64,000 nucleotides of DNA from assembly GCA_963724505.1 (NCBI GenBank), contig CAVRUY010000003.1, positions 36,725-100,724 on the forward strand, given 5' to 3'. Under the pieces are notes generated by a model. The model made no database searches and had not been told where the DNA came from. It saw only the letters and a list, made by a program, of their open reading frames with translations. Origin of the DNA: an uncultured Actinomycetota bacterium. GTDB lineage: Bacteria > Actinomycetota > Actinomycetes > Actinomycetales > Cellulomonadaceae. Numbering within the stretch: position 1 is the first letter of the stretch; each line of letters opens with the position of its first letter. The position numbers and the translations under genes are program-made. Shown piece after piece: positions 45,609-55,719 of this stretch.

Positions 45609-47240
45609 GTGCAGGCTGTGCGGACGGCACCGGGGACGGCTCCCGTCAGGCTGCCGCACGAGCTCGACGAGCTCGAGGCACTGCTGCACGCGGACCCGCG
45701 GGAGTGCCTGCGGCGGGCGGAGACGGCGATCGCGCGCGCTCGGGTCGAGGTCGACCGCGAGGCCGAGATGCGGATCTCCTGGGTCGCCGCGTCCGCGAAC
45801 CGCCACCTCGGCCGCGACGCCGAGGCGCTCACGGCGGCCGCCCGCACCGAGGAGCTCGCCCACCAGGCCAACGACCTCGGCTGGCAGTCCCGGGCCCTGG
45901 CGGTCCGGGGGCTGGTCCACCACGAGCTCGGCCAGCACGAGGACGCCGTCGACCTGCTGCACCGGGCCGTCGCCTTGCGGCGGCTCGCCGAGGACCCGGT
46001 GGGCACCGCCGAGGTGCTCAACGACCTCGGCGCGGTCTACACAGCGATGCCGCACTTCGCGCCGCAGGCCCTGCAGTCCATCGAGAACGCCCGCCGCACC
46101 TGGCTGGCCGCGGGCGAGTCCGACCTCGCCTCGGTCTCCCAGACCAACCTCGCCCGGCACTTCGTCGCGACGGCCGAGCGGCTCGTGCGCAGCAACCCGC
46201 GGGGCGCGGTCGCGGCGGCGCGCCGCGCGGTCGGGGTCGCCCGCCAGGCGATCGAGGAGACGGATGCGGCCGGGCTGACCGGGCCGGCGTTGGACGCCCG
46301 GATGGCGCTGGCGAGCGCCCACCTGCTGGCCGGGGACGGCGAGGCCTGCGGGGCCGTCCTCACCGCGACCGCGGCGATGGTCGATCGCTTCCCGTCCGAA
46401 CGCCACCGGCTCGCCCTGCACGGGCTGCGCGCTCGCTGGCTGCTGCACACCGGAGCCGTGGGCGAGGCCGTCACCGAGGCCGACGCCGGTGTGGAGATGA
46501 GCCACGTGATGGACCGGCCGACCGAGCGGCTCGGCCTGCTGCGCACCCTGGTCGACGCGCGCGAGAGCGCCGGGGACCTCGTGGGCGCCCTCGACTCCCT
46601 GCACGAGCTGCACGAGCTGCAGGTGGACCTCAACGACGCCGTCGCCGAACGGCGCGCCGTGCTCCTCAGCTCGCGCCTGGACATCGAGCGCGCCGAGCGC
46701 GAGGCCGAGGCGCAGCGCCGCCGCGCCCGTCAGCTCGAGGCGCACAACGAGGCGCTGGCCTGGCAGGCCGGGCACGACGCCCTCACCGGGCTGCCCAACC
46801 GCCGGACCTTCGACGAGACGGTCGCCCTCTGGGCCAGCGGCGGGGTCCCGTTCGCCCTCGCCACGATCGACATCGACCACTTCAAGGCCGTCAACGACAC
46901 CTGCTCGCACCAGGTGGGCGACGAGGTCCTCGCCCGGGTCGGTCGCTGCATCGCCGAGACCGTGCGCGAGCGCGACCTGGCCGCGCGCTACGGCGGTGAG
47001 GAGTTCGTCCTGCTCATCGCCGACGCCGACGCCGAGGGCGCCAGCGTCGTCTGCGAGCGGATCCGGACCACGATCGAGAGCCTCGAGTGGGAGGTTCCCG
47101 TCCCGCGCGGCCGGATCACGGTGAGCATCGGCCTGACCGAGTGGGACGGCAGCACGTCGACCGAGGTGCTGCTCGCCCGGAGCGACGCCGCGCTCTACGC
47201 CGCCAAGGGCGGCGGGCGGAACCGCACGTTCGTCGGCTGA
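45609..47240 (+). CDS. TPR-repeat diguanylate cyclase
   Basis: Helical TPR-like N-terminus, coiled linker, DALTGLPNRR, DIDHFKAVND, RERD I-site, ARYGGEEF; start approximate. Confidence 0.9.
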   Translation: MQAVRTAPGTAPVRLPHELDELEALLHADPRECLRRAETAIARARVEVDREAEMRISWVAASANRHLGRDAEALTAAARTEELAHQANDLGWQSRALAVRGLVHHELGQHEDAVDLLHRAVALRRLAEDPVGTAEVLNDLGAVYTAMPHFAPQALQSIENARRTWLAAGESDLASVSQTNLARHFVATAERLVRSNPRGAVAAARRAVGVARQAIEETDAAGLTGPALDARMALASAHLLAGDGEACGAVLTATAAMVDRFPSERHRLALHGLRARWLLHTGAVGEAVTEADAGVEMSHVMDRPTERLGLLRTLVDARESAGDLVGALDSLHELHELQVDLNDAVAERRAVLLSSRLDIERAEREAEAQRRRARQLEAHNEALAWQAGHDALTGLPNRRTFDETVALWASGGVPFALATIDIDHFKAVNDTCSHQVGDEVLARVGRCIAETVRERDLAARYGGEEFVLLIADADAEGASVVCERIRTTIESLEWEVPVPRGRITVSIGLTEWDGSTSTEVLLARSDAALYAAKGGGRNRTFVG

Positions 47241-47246
47241 GGGTGG

Positions 47247-47279
47247 CGGCACCGGGCGCCGACCGGGCGCCCGGTGCCG
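47247..47279. terminator. Bidirectional hairpin between convergent genes
   Basis: CGGCACCGGGCGCC-GACCG-GGCGCCCGGTGCCG. Confidence 0.7.
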
Positions 47280-47282
47280 TCC

Positions 47283-48038
47283 TCACTCGCGGGCGATCTG
47301 GGTGTTGGAGACCTGCGCCCGCGGCCGGACGACCAGCGTGTCGATGTTCACGTGGTGCGGACGGGTGAGCGCGAAGACGATGACGTCCGCCACGTCGTCG
47401 GCGTCGAGCGGCTGGTAGCCCTCGTACACCTTGGCGGCCCGCTCCGCGTCACCGCCGAAGCGCACGAGGGAGAACTCCTCGGTCGCCACCGCGCCGGGCT
47501 CGATGTCGATCACCCGGACCGGCTCGCCGATGAGCTCGAGGCGCAGCGTCGTGGTGAGCATCCGCTCGGCGTGCTTGACCCCGGTGTAGCCCCCACCGCC
47601 CTCGTACGGACCGATGGCCGCCGTCGAGGTCACGACGACGACGTCTCCCCGGCCGCTGTCGCGCAGCATCGGCAGGATCGCCTGGGTCACCCGCAGCGTG
47701 GCCAGCACGTTGATCTCGTACATCCAGCGCCAGTCCTCGACGTCCGACTCCGCCACCGGGTCGAGGCCGAGCGCACCGCCGGCGACGTTGACGAGCGAGG
47801 TCAGCCCACCGGTCGCCGCGACGTGGGCGGCGAGCCGGGCGACGTCGTCCGCCGAGGTGAGGTCGGCCGGGAACGGCTCGGCCCCCGTCTCCCGCGCGAG
47901 CGCCTCGAGGCGGTCGGCGCGCCGCGCGACCGCCACGACGTCCCAACCCTCGGCGCACAGGCGACGCACGGTCGCCGCGCCGATCCCGGAGGACGCACCG
48001 GTGACGACGGCCCTCAGCTGCGGTGCGATCGGGGTCAT
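47283..48038 (-). CDS. SDR oxidoreductase, YdfG-like (possible malonate semialdehyde reductase)
   Basis: TGASSGIG, AGGALGLDP, YTGVK, IEPGAVATEEFSLVRF, PHHVNI; ATGA overlap with aminotransferase. Confidence 0.85.
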   Translation of the reverse strand: MTPIAPQLRAVVTGASSGIGAATVRRLCAEGWDVVAVARRADRLEALARETGAEPFPADLTSADDVARLAAHVAATGGLTSLVNVAGGALGLDPVAESDVEDWRWMYEINVLATLRVTQAILPMLRDSGRGDVVVVTSTAAIGPYEGGGGYTGVKHAERMLTTTLRLELIGEPVRVIDIEPGAVATEEFSLVRFGGDAERAAKVYEGYQPLDADDVADVIVFALTRPHHVNIDTLVVRPRAQVSNTQIARE

Positions 48039-49381
48039 GCGCCCACCTCCTGGTCGATCAGCCCGAGGACCTCGTCGTAGATCGCCAGTGCGCGCCCGAC
48101 CTCCTCGTCCGTGACGATGCACGGCGGCACGACGTGCAGCCGGTTGTCGGCGAGGAAGGGCAGCAGGCCCCGTGCCATGAGCTCCGCCTTGAGACGAGCC
48201 ATCAGGGAGCCGGGTACCGGGGTACGCGTCTCCCGGTCGACGACCAGGTCGAGGGCCCAGAAGACGCCGAGCCCACGGACCTCGCCGACGACGGGGTGCC
48301 GTTCGGCCAGTGCCGCGAGCCCGGGACCGAGCAGCTCGGTGCCGATCCGGGCGGCGTTCTCGACGACCCGTTCGCGCTCCATCGCATCGATGGTCGCGAC
48401 GACCGCCGCCATCGCGAGGGGGTGCCCGGAGTAGGTGAGCCCGCCGGGGAAGACCCGCTCGTCGAAGGTCGCGGCGATCTCGTCCGAGAGGATCACGCCT
48501 CCGGCCGGGACGTAGCCGGAGTTCACGCCCTTGGCGAACGTGATGAGGTCAGGACGCACGTCGAACTGGTCGAAGGCGAACCACGACCCGGTGCGGCCGA
48601 AGCCCGCCATCACCTCGTCGAGGATGAGCACGATCCCGTGCCGGTCGCACAGCGCACGCACCCCGGCGAGGTAGCCCGGAGGCGGGACGAGCACACCGCC
48701 GGTGCCGACGACGGTCTCGAGAAGGATCGCGGCGATCGCTCCGGGTCCCTCGCACTCGATGACCCGGGCCAGGTGGGCGAGGGCACGCTCCGACTCCTGC
48801 TCGGGGGTGGTGGCCCAGAAGTCGCTGCGGTAGAGGAACGGGCCGAAGAAGTGGACGTGACCGCGGGCGTACTCGTTGGGCACCCGCCGCCAGTCGCCGG
48901 TGGCGACCACGGCGGCGCCGGTGTTGCCGTGGTAGGAGCGGTAGGCGGACAGGACCTTATCGCGCCCGGTGTGCAGGCGCGCCATCCGGATCGCGTTCTC
49001 GTTGGCGTCGGCGCCGCCGTTGGTGAAGAAGATCTTGGACATCCCCGCAGGGGCGTGCGCCACGATCGCCTCTGCCGCGCGACCTCGCGCGAGGTTGGCA
49101 TGGGACGGGGCGACCGTCGCCAGCAGCGCAGCCTGCTCCTGGATGGCCGCGACGACGGCGGGGTGGCCGTGGCCGATGTTGGTGTTGACCAGCTGGGAGG
49201 AGAAGTCGAGGTAGGTCCGCCCGTCGACGTCCCACACGTCGCATCCCGTGGCCCCCGCGATGGCCAGCGGGGCCAGCGCCCCCTGGGCCGACCACGAGTG
49301 GAACACGTGGGCCCGGTCGAGACGGAGGGTCAGTCCGTCGTCCGCCAGGACCTCCGGAACATCTGCCCGGGTGGTGGTCAT
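48035..49381 (-). CDS. Class III aminotransferase (probable beta-alanine transaminase)
   Basis: HVFHSWSAQG, YLDFSSQLVN, SYHG, DEVMAGFGRTG, PDLITFAKGVNSGY, GLTYSGHP. Confidence 0.9.
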   Translation of the reverse strand: MTTTRADVPEVLADDGLTLRLDRAHVFHSWSAQGALAPLAIAGATGCDVWDVDGRTYLDFSSQLVNTNIGHGHPAVVAAIQEQAALLATVAPSHANLARGRAAEAIVAHAPAGMSKIFFTNGGADANENAIRMARLHTGRDKVLSAYRSYHGNTGAAVVATGDWRRVPNEYARGHVHFFGPFLYRSDFWATTPEQESERALAHLARVIECEGPGAIAAILLETVVGTGGVLVPPPGYLAGVRALCDRHGIVLILDEVMAGFGRTGSWFAFDQFDVRPDLITFAKGVNSGYVPAGGVILSDEIAATFDERVFPGGLTYSGHPLAMAAVVATIDAMERERVVENAARIGTELLGPGLAALAERHPVVGEVRGLGVFWALDLVVDRETRTPVPGSLMARLKAELMARGLLPFLADNRLHVVPPCIVTDEEVGRALAIYDEVLGLIDQEVGA

Positions 49382-49458
49382 GAACCTGCCTCTCTCGATG
49401 GGACACACGGGTCCTCGGGCCGGGACGGACGCCCCGCCCCGGCCCGAGGAACGACGAG

Positions 49459-50613
49459 TCAGGCGCCGCCGGCGTTCAGAGTGACGTCGATCGGCGCGAA
49501 GCCCGCTCCGAGGACATCCTCGCCCTCGGCGGTGAGCTCGGCCAGCGCCTTCTCGACGTACTCGTTCGTGTAGGCCGAGGCGGGCGGGGCCTCGGAGATG
49601 ATGGTCGCCCCCGTCTCGTTGGAGGTCGCCGTCGCCATCGCGACCGTGGCGTCCCAGGCCGCGGCGTCGATCATCCCGATCCCGCCCGAGGTGCTCGGCC
49701 AGATCAGCTTGTTGACCTCGTTCGTCATCCACAGCTGGTGGCTGGCGCCGAGGGTCGAGCCCGCGGCGGTGACGATGTCGGCCGCAGCCTGTGCGTCGTC
49801 CCTGGCGAACATCCAGCCCTGGATCGAGGCCTTGATGAACGCGACCGTCGTCTCCTGGTAGGCCTCGTCCGACTCCAGCCGGGCGCTGTCGGCCCAGATG
49901 GCGTCCTGGAGCATGGCCGTGCCGACCTCGTTCCAGTCGATGAGGGAGAAGTCCTCGGGCTGGTAGAGCTCGCCGGTGTCCGGGTTCGTGGCCTCGAGCA
50001 GCTGGGCGTACTCGTTGTAGGTCATCGCCTGCGCCGCGTCGATGTCCCCGGCGAGGAAGGCGTTCATGTCGAAGGCCTGCTGCACGATCTCGAAGTCGCT
50101 CACCCCTGCCGCGTTGAGGCCCGCGAAGAGCTCCCACTCGTTGCCGTAGCCCCAGCTGCCGATCTTCTTGCCGGCGAGGTCCGCCGGGCTCGTGATGCCC
50201 GAGTCGGCGAAGGCGACCTGGAGGGTGGCCGAGCGCTCGAAGATCTGCGCGACGTTGGTCACGCCCGCGCCCTGCTCGATCGACCCGAGCACCTTGGGCA
50301 CCCAGGCGATCGCGTAGTCGACCTCGCCGTTCGCCAGGGCGTCCTGCGGGACGATGTCGCCACCGCTCGGGATGATCTCGACGTCGAGCCCTGCGTCCTC
50401 GTAGAAGCCCTCGGCCTGGGCGGCGTAGTACCCGGCGAACTGTGCCTGGGTGAGCCACTGCAGCTGAAGCTTGACGGGGGTGAGCTCGGCGGTGGTCTCG
50501 CTCGAGGTGCTGTCTGCCGTCGCTGCCTCGGACGACGCGCAGCCGGCGAGTGCCAGTGCTGCTGCGACGCCGAGCACGACGGCGCGTGCTCCTGCTCGTG
50601 TCGTGATGGTCAT
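49459..50613 (-). CDS. ABC transporter substrate-binding lipoprotein, NMT1/THI5-like (probable pyrimidine)
   Basis: Lipobox LAGC, LQLQWLTQAQFAGYY, AMTYNE. Confidence 0.9.
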   Translation of the reverse strand: MTITTRAGARAVVLGVAAALALAGCASSEAATADSTSSETTAELTPVKLQLQWLTQAQFAGYYAAQAEGFYEDAGLDVEIIPSGGDIVPQDALANGEVDYAIAWVPKVLGSIEQGAGVTNVAQIFERSATLQVAFADSGITSPADLAGKKIGSWGYGNEWELFAGLNAAGVSDFEIVQQAFDMNAFLAGDIDAAQAMTYNEYAQLLEATNPDTGELYQPEDFSLIDWNEVGTAMLQDAIWADSARLESDEAYQETTVAFIKASIQGWMFARDDAQAAADIVTAAGSTLGASHQLWMTNEVNKLIWPSTSGGIGMIDAAAWDATVAMATATSNETGATIISEAPPASAYTNEYVEKALAELTAEGEDVLGAGFAPIDVTLNAGGA

Positions 50614-50732
50614 GCGAGTGCCTCCCATGCGGTCGGTGGCCGTGCCATGGATTCCTGGAGTGCGGATCTGTCGTGACGTGCGGTGAACGACCGTCCTGGC
50701 AGCGTCGGCAGGCGGACAGCGGGGGTGCGTGC

Positions 50733-51512
50733 TCACTCCTTGCGTGGGCCGCTCCTGCGGGTGGCGAGGTGCTCGGCCGCGAGGGTGACCGAGAAGAAGA
50801 GGAGGCCGACGACGATCCCGCCGAGGACGAACGCCCAGGCCCGCGCATAGTTGCTGCCGGCGGCGGCCGTGGTGATGAACGAGCCGATCCCGGTCCTCGG
50901 CCCGCCGAAGTACTCGGCGACGATCGCGGAGATCACCGCGAGCGAGGACGCCAGCCGCAACCCGGTGAAGACGAAGGGCAGCGCGGCCGGGATCGTGACC
51001 GTGCGGGTGGCCTGCGCCGACGTCGCGGCGTACGCCCGCATGAGGTCCAGGTGCACCGGGCGCACCTGGCGCAGCCCACGCAGGGTGGTCACGAACACCG
51101 GGACCAGCACCGCGATCGCCGCGACGAGCTGCCGAGCCGTCTCCGCGGCCGCGCCGAACATCGTGTACAGGACAGGGGCGAGGGCGACGATGGGGACCAC
51201 GGCCAGGGCTGCGGCCAGGGGCGCCATCATCCGGTCGGCGACCCGGCTGAGCCCGGCGAGCACCGCGGCGCCGATCCCGATCACGGCCCCGACGACGAGC
51301 CCGACCAGCGCGTTGCGGCCGGTCACGAGGATGGCCCCGCTGATCGTGGCCCAGCGCGCGACGAACTCCTCGGCGATGGCCGACGGGCTGGGCAGCAGGA
51401 ACGGCGGGATCTCGGCCACGACCGTCAGCGCCTGCCAGGCCGCGATGAGCGCGGCGAAGAGCAAGGAGGGCGCCAGGACGCGCTCGAGGCCGGCGCGGGT
51501 GCTCGGGCTCAT
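50733..51512 (-). CDS. ABC transporter permease (SsuC/TauC type)
   Basis: FLLPSPSAI, PIVALAP, IPAALPFVFTGLR, AIVAEYFGG. Confidence 0.92.
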   Translation of the reverse strand: MSPSTRAGLERVLAPSLLFAALIAAWQALTVVAEIPPFLLPSPSAIAEEFVARWATISGAILVTGRNALVGLVVGAVIGIGAAVLAGLSRVADRMMAPLAAALAVVPIVALAPVLYTMFGAAAETARQLVAAIAVLVPVFVTTLRGLRQVRPVHLDLMRAYAATSAQATRTVTIPAALPFVFTGLRLASSLAVISAIVAEYFGGPRTGIGSFITTAAAGSNYARAWAFVLGGIVVGLLFFSVTLAAEHLATRRSGPRKE

Positions 51513-52309
51513 CGCGTCTCCACGCCCCGGGCCGGCACGTCCGTTCCGCCGTGCAGCGCCTCCCGGACGCGGATGACGGCCTCGTAGTAGCCGGCGTCCT
51601 CGCGCAGCTCCTCGCCGCGGTCCCCGCCGAGGCCGACGTCGACGATCTCGGTGATCCGACCCGGCCGGGCCGACATCACCACGACCCGGTCCGAGAGGAA
51701 GACGGCCTCCGGGATGGAGTGCGTGACGAAGACGACGGCGGCCCGGGTCTCGGCGCAGATCCGCACCAGCTCGCCCTGGAGTCGCTCGCGCGTCATCTCG
51801 TCGAGCGCGCCGAAGGGCTCGTCCATCAGGAGCAGGCTCGGCTCCTCGGCGAAGGCGCGGGCGATGGCGACGCGCTGCTGCATCCCGCCGGAGAGCTGGT
51901 CGGGGAAGTGCTCGGCGAAGTCGGTCAGGCCCACGAGCTCGAGCAGGTGGTCGGCGCGCTCGCGCCGACCCCGGCGCCCCGTGCCGTGCAGGGCGAGCGG
52001 GAGCTCGACGTTGGCGCGCACCGTGCGCCACGGGAGCAGGCCCGACTGCTGGAAGGCGATGCCGTAGTCGTGGGCGAGACGGGCCTGCTCCGCGCTGCGC
52101 CCGAAGACCTCGACGCGACCCTCGCTCGGCTGGTCCAGGTCGCCGATGAGGCGGAGCAGGGTGGACTTGCCGCAGCCCGAGGGGCCGATGAGGGAGACGA
52201 ACTCCCCCGGTGCGACGCGCAGGCTGACGTCGTCGAGGGCCGTGACGGCACCGGGTCCCGCGCCGAAGACGCGGCTGACCCCGTCGACCAGGACGGCTGG
52301 GGCGTTCAT
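51509..52309 (-). CDS. ABC transporter ATP-binding protein (SsuB/TauB type)
   Basis: [31 protein letters not shown]. Confidence 0.95.
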   Translation of the reverse strand: MNAPAVLVDGVSRVFGAGPGAVTALDDVSLRVAPGEFVSLIGPSGCGKSTLLRLIGDLDQPSEGRVEVFGRSAEQARLAHDYGIAFQQSGLLPWRTVRANVELPLALHGTGRRGRRERADHLLELVGLTDFAEHFPDQLSGGMQQRVAIARAFAEEPSLLLMDEPFGALDEMTRERLQGELVRICAETRAAVVFVTHSIPEAVFLSDRVVVMSARPGRITEIVDVGLGGDRGEELREDAGYYEAVIRVREALHGGTDVPARGVETR

Positions 52310-53178
52310 GCGACCACCTCCGCGCGGCGGAATCGAGCGAGGGGGAGTCCGAGAAGACCGACGAGGCCCGCCACGACGAGCCCGAGCAGGACGGCACCGA
52401 ACAGGGGTGCCCACGGCTTGGCCGGGTCCCCGCTGGCGAAGCTGGCGAACTCGAGGATCATCCGGCCCACTCCTCCGGGAAGTCCGGTCGAGACCTCGGC
52501 GACGACGGTGCCGACCACGCTGTTCGCCGCGGCGAGCCGAAGAGCGGGAAGCAGGTAGGGCACGCTCGCCGGCAGGCGCAGGCGCACCAGGGTGGTCCAC
52601 CAGCCGGCTCCGTAGGCGTGCATGAGGTCCCGGTGGATCGCGTCGGGCGACTGCAGACCGCGCAGGGCACCGACGGCCACCGGGAAGAAGGCCAGGTAGG
52701 AGGCGATGACGGCGACGGACATCCAGCCCGTCCACTCGAAGGCGCCGAGCTCGAGCTTGCTGCCCCAACCCTTGACCAGGGGCGCCAGCGCGATGAGCGG
52801 GACGGTCTGGCTGAGGATGACGAGCGGGAGGATCGCGGACTCGGCGATCCGCACGCGCGACATCACCAGCGCGAGCAGCATGCCCACCACGACCCCGAGC
52901 ACCCAGCTGATCAGGGCGATGCCGAGGCTGAAGGCGCACGCCTGCAGCACGGCGACGACCAGCAGCGGCGACCCGGCGGCCGCGGTCAGCGGGTCGGCGA
53001 GCCGGGAGACCATGTCCCAGACGTGCGGCATCGCCAGATCGGTGGTGCGCGGGAGCAGCCGGGTCTCCCCGACCAACCAGCCCTCCACCGGACCGAGCGC
53101 CTTGTACAGCTCCCAGACGGCCGCGACGGCGAGCAGGGCGAACGCGCCCAGCGCGCCGTCCCGGACCCGGCTGCTCAT
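52306..53178 (-). CDS. ABC transporter permease
   Basis: SQTVPLIALAP, FFPVAVG, LRLPASVPYLLPALR, VVAEVS. Confidence 0.92.
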   Translation of the reverse strand: MSSRVRDGALGAFALLAVAAVWELYKALGPVEGWLVGETRLLPRTTDLAMPHVWDMVSRLADPLTAAAGSPLLVVAVLQACAFSLGIALISWVLGVVVGMLLALVMSRVRIAESAILPLVILSQTVPLIALAPLVKGWGSKLELGAFEWTGWMSVAVIASYLAFFPVAVGALRGLQSPDAIHRDLMHAYGAGWWTTLVRLRLPASVPYLLPALRLAAANSVVGTVVAEVSTGLPGGVGRMILEFASFASGDPAKPWAPLFGAVLLGLVVAGLVGLLGLPLARFRRAEVVA

Positions 53179-54206
53179 GCGGTCGCCACGACGGACTCAC
53201 GCAGGGCGGGGATGATGCGCTCGCCGTAGATGCGCATCGTCTCCTCCTTGTTGTCGTGCTGGAGGTAGCCCGCGAACTGCGTGACGCCGAGGTCGCGCAG
53301 GGCGTTGAGCTTCTCGACGTGCTCGCGCGGGCTGCCGAGCACGCAGAACCGCTCGACGATCTCGTCGGGGACGAAGGCCGCGTGGCTGTTCCCGGCCCGG
53401 CCGTGCTCGTTGTAGTCGTAGCCCTGCCGGCCCTCGATGTAGGCGGTCAGGGCCTGGGGGACGTCCGATCCGGCACCGTACTTGCCGACGATGTCCGCGA
53501 CGTGGTTGCCCACCATCCCGCCGAACCAGCGGCACTGCTCGCGCATGTGCGCCCGCTCGGCCGGGGAGTCGCCGTTGCCGACGTACATCGGGGCCGCGAC
53601 GCAGAACTTCACCGCCATCGGGTCGCGCCCCGCCTTCTCGGCCGCGTCCCGCACGGTCTTGATCATCCAGGCAGCAATGTCCAGGTCGGCGAGCTGGAGG
53701 ATGAACCCGTCGCCGACCTCACCGGTGAGCTTGAGTGCGAGCGGGCCGTAGGCGGCGACCCACACGTCGAGCTCGGAGCCCTCGCTCCACGGGAACCGCA
53801 GCGTGGCACCGTTGACCTCCACCGAGCGGCTGTTGCCGAGCTCGCGGATCACGTGCACCGAGTCCCGCAGGGTCGCCAGGTTGCTCGGGCGGCCGTTGAG
53901 CGTGCGCACCGCGGAGTCCCCGCGGCCGATCCCGCAGATCGTGCGGTTCCCGTACATCTCGTTGAGCGTCGCGAACAACGAGGCCAGCACGGTCCAGTCC
54001 CGGGTGGCCGGGTTGGTGACCATGGGTCCGACGACCACCTTGCGGGTCGCGGCCAGGATCGCGGAGTAGATGACGAAGGGCTCCTGCCACAGCAGGTGCG
54101 AGTCGAAGGTCCACACGTGGCTGAATCCGTGGGTCTCCGCCTGCCGCGCGAGGTCGACGGTGCGCGAGGCAGGGGGGTTCGTCTGCAGGACGACGCCGAA
54201 GTCCAT
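53175..54206 (-). CDS. LLM-class F420-dependent oxidoreductase (resembles TIGR03842/CPS_4043 family)
   Basis: MDFGVVLQTNPP, WTFDSHLLWQEP, GPMVTNPATRDW, GIGRGDSA, AAYGP, WFGGMVGNHVAD; family recognised from memory. Confidence 0.85.
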   Translation of the reverse strand: MDFGVVLQTNPPASRTVDLARQAETHGFSHVWTFDSHLLWQEPFVIYSAILAATRKVVVGPMVTNPATRDWTVLASLFATLNEMYGNRTICGIGRGDSAVRTLNGRPSNLATLRDSVHVIRELGNSRSVEVNGATLRFPWSEGSELDVWVAAYGPLALKLTGEVGDGFILQLADLDIAAWMIKTVRDAAEKAGRDPMAVKFCVAAPMYVGNGDSPAERAHMREQCRWFGGMVGNHVADIVGKYGAGSDVPQALTAYIEGRQGYDYNEHGRAGNSHAAFVPDEIVERFCVLGSPREHVEKLNALRDLGVTQFAGYLQHDNKEETMRIYGERIIPALRESVVATA

Positions 54207-54274
54207 GGGGCTCCTTGCGATCGGTCGGGGTCAGCCGAGCGGGGGTGGGGGTCGGCGGGATCGGCAGCAGGTGC

Positions 54275-55693
54275 TCAGGCCGGGTAGGTGCTCGCCCCGC
54301 GCCGTAGGAAGCTGCCGTGCCCGGCACGACCGTGGAACTCCCCGCCGTCGATGACGACGCTGCCACGCGAGAGCACCGTGTCGACGTGACCGTCGATCTC
54401 GAAGCCCTCCCAGGAGGAGTGGTCGATCGCCATGTGGTGGGTCTTCTCGACACCGATCGAGGTGTGCCCTTCCGGGTCGTAGATCACGAGGTCGGCATCG
54501 GCCCCGGGGGCGATGACGCCCTTGGTGCCCTCGAGGCCGAACATCCGCGCCGGCGTGGTCGAGCACAGCTCGACCCAGCGCTCGAGGGTGATCTTGCCCG
54601 TGACCACGCCTTGGTAGACGAGGTCCATCCGGTGCTCGACGGTGCCCATCCCGTTGGGGATCTTGCGGAAGTCGCCGAGCCCGAGCTCCTTCTGCCCCGT
54701 CTGGCAGAACGGGCAGTGGTCGGTGGCCACCATCTGCAGGTCGTTGGTGCGCAGACCCTGCCACATGTGGTCCTGGTGCTCGTCCGACGTGGACCGCAGC
54801 GGCGGGGAGCACACGTACTTGGCGCCCTCGAAGTCGGGAGCACCGAGGTGCTCCTCCAGACCGAGGTACAGGTACTGCGGGCAGGTCTCGGCGAAGACCC
54901 GCTGGCCCCGGTCCCGTGCCGCCGCGATCTGGGCGACCGCCTGCTTGGCGGAGACGTGCACGATGTACAACGGCGACCTCGCCACGTCCGCGAGCATGAT
55001 CGCCCGGTGGGTGGCCTCCTCCTCCATCTGCCAGACGCGCGCGACACCGTGGTAGTACGGGTCCGTCTTGCCCGCCGCGACGAGCTGCTCGGCCAGGACG
55101 TCGATCGCCGGCCCGTTCTCGGCGTGCATCATCGGCAGCAGTCCGTGCTCGGCCGCGACCTGCATCGCCCGCAGGATCTGACCGTCACCCGAGTAGAAGA
55201 CCCCCGGGTAGGCCATGAACATCTTGAAGCTGGTGACACCCTCGTCGGGCAGCCGGGTCAGCGCCGCGAGGGAGGCCTCGTCCACGCCGCCGACGATCTG
55301 GTGGAAGCCGTAGTCGACGGCGCAGTTGCCGGCCGCCTTGGCGTGCCAGGCCTCCAGACCGTCCTCGATGCGCTGACCGGCGGTCTGCACGGCGAAGTCG
55401 ATGATCGACGTCGTGCCGCCCCAGGCCGCCGCCCTGGTCCCCGTCTCGAAGGTGTCCGAGGCGAACGTCCCGCCGAAAGGCAGCTCCATATGGGTGTGCG
55501 CGTCGATGCCGCCGGGGATGACGTACTTCCCGGTGGCGTCGATCACGCGGTCGACGCTCGCCGCGAGGTCGAAGCCGAGGAGGGTCGAGCCGGGCGCGAG
55601 CACCGCGACGACCTTCTCGCCGTCGACGAGCACGTCGGCGGCTGTGCGACCCGTCGCGTTGACGACGGTCCCGCCGGTGATGAGCGTGGTCAT
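54275..55693 (-). CDS. hydA: Dihydropyrimidinase (D-hydantoinase)
   Basis: PGGIDAHTH, GTTSIIDF, SFKMFMAY, HAENG, VHVS, ETCPQYL, TDHCPF, IPNG. Confidence 0.95.
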   Translation of the reverse strand: MTTLITGGTVVNATGRTAADVLVDGEKVVAVLAPGSTLLGFDLAASVDRVIDATGKYVIPGGIDAHTHMELPFGGTFASDTFETGTRAAAWGGTTSIIDFAVQTAGQRIEDGLEAWHAKAAGNCAVDYGFHQIVGGVDEASLAALTRLPDEGVTSFKMFMAYPGVFYSGDGQILRAMQVAAEHGLLPMMHAENGPAIDVLAEQLVAAGKTDPYYHGVARVWQMEEEATHRAIMLADVARSPLYIVHVSAKQAVAQIAAARDRGQRVFAETCPQYLYLGLEEHLGAPDFEGAKYVCSPPLRSTSDEHQDHMWQGLRTNDLQMVATDHCPFCQTGQKELGLGDFRKIPNGMGTVEHRMDLVYQGVVTGKITLERWVELCSTTPARMFGLEGTKGVIAPGADADLVIYDPEGHTSIGVEKTHHMAIDHSSWEGFEIDGHVDTVLSRGSVVIDGGEFHGRAGHGSFLRRGASTYPA

Positions 55694-55719
55694 GGCTGGT
55701 CCTCCTCGGCGAGCGGTGA

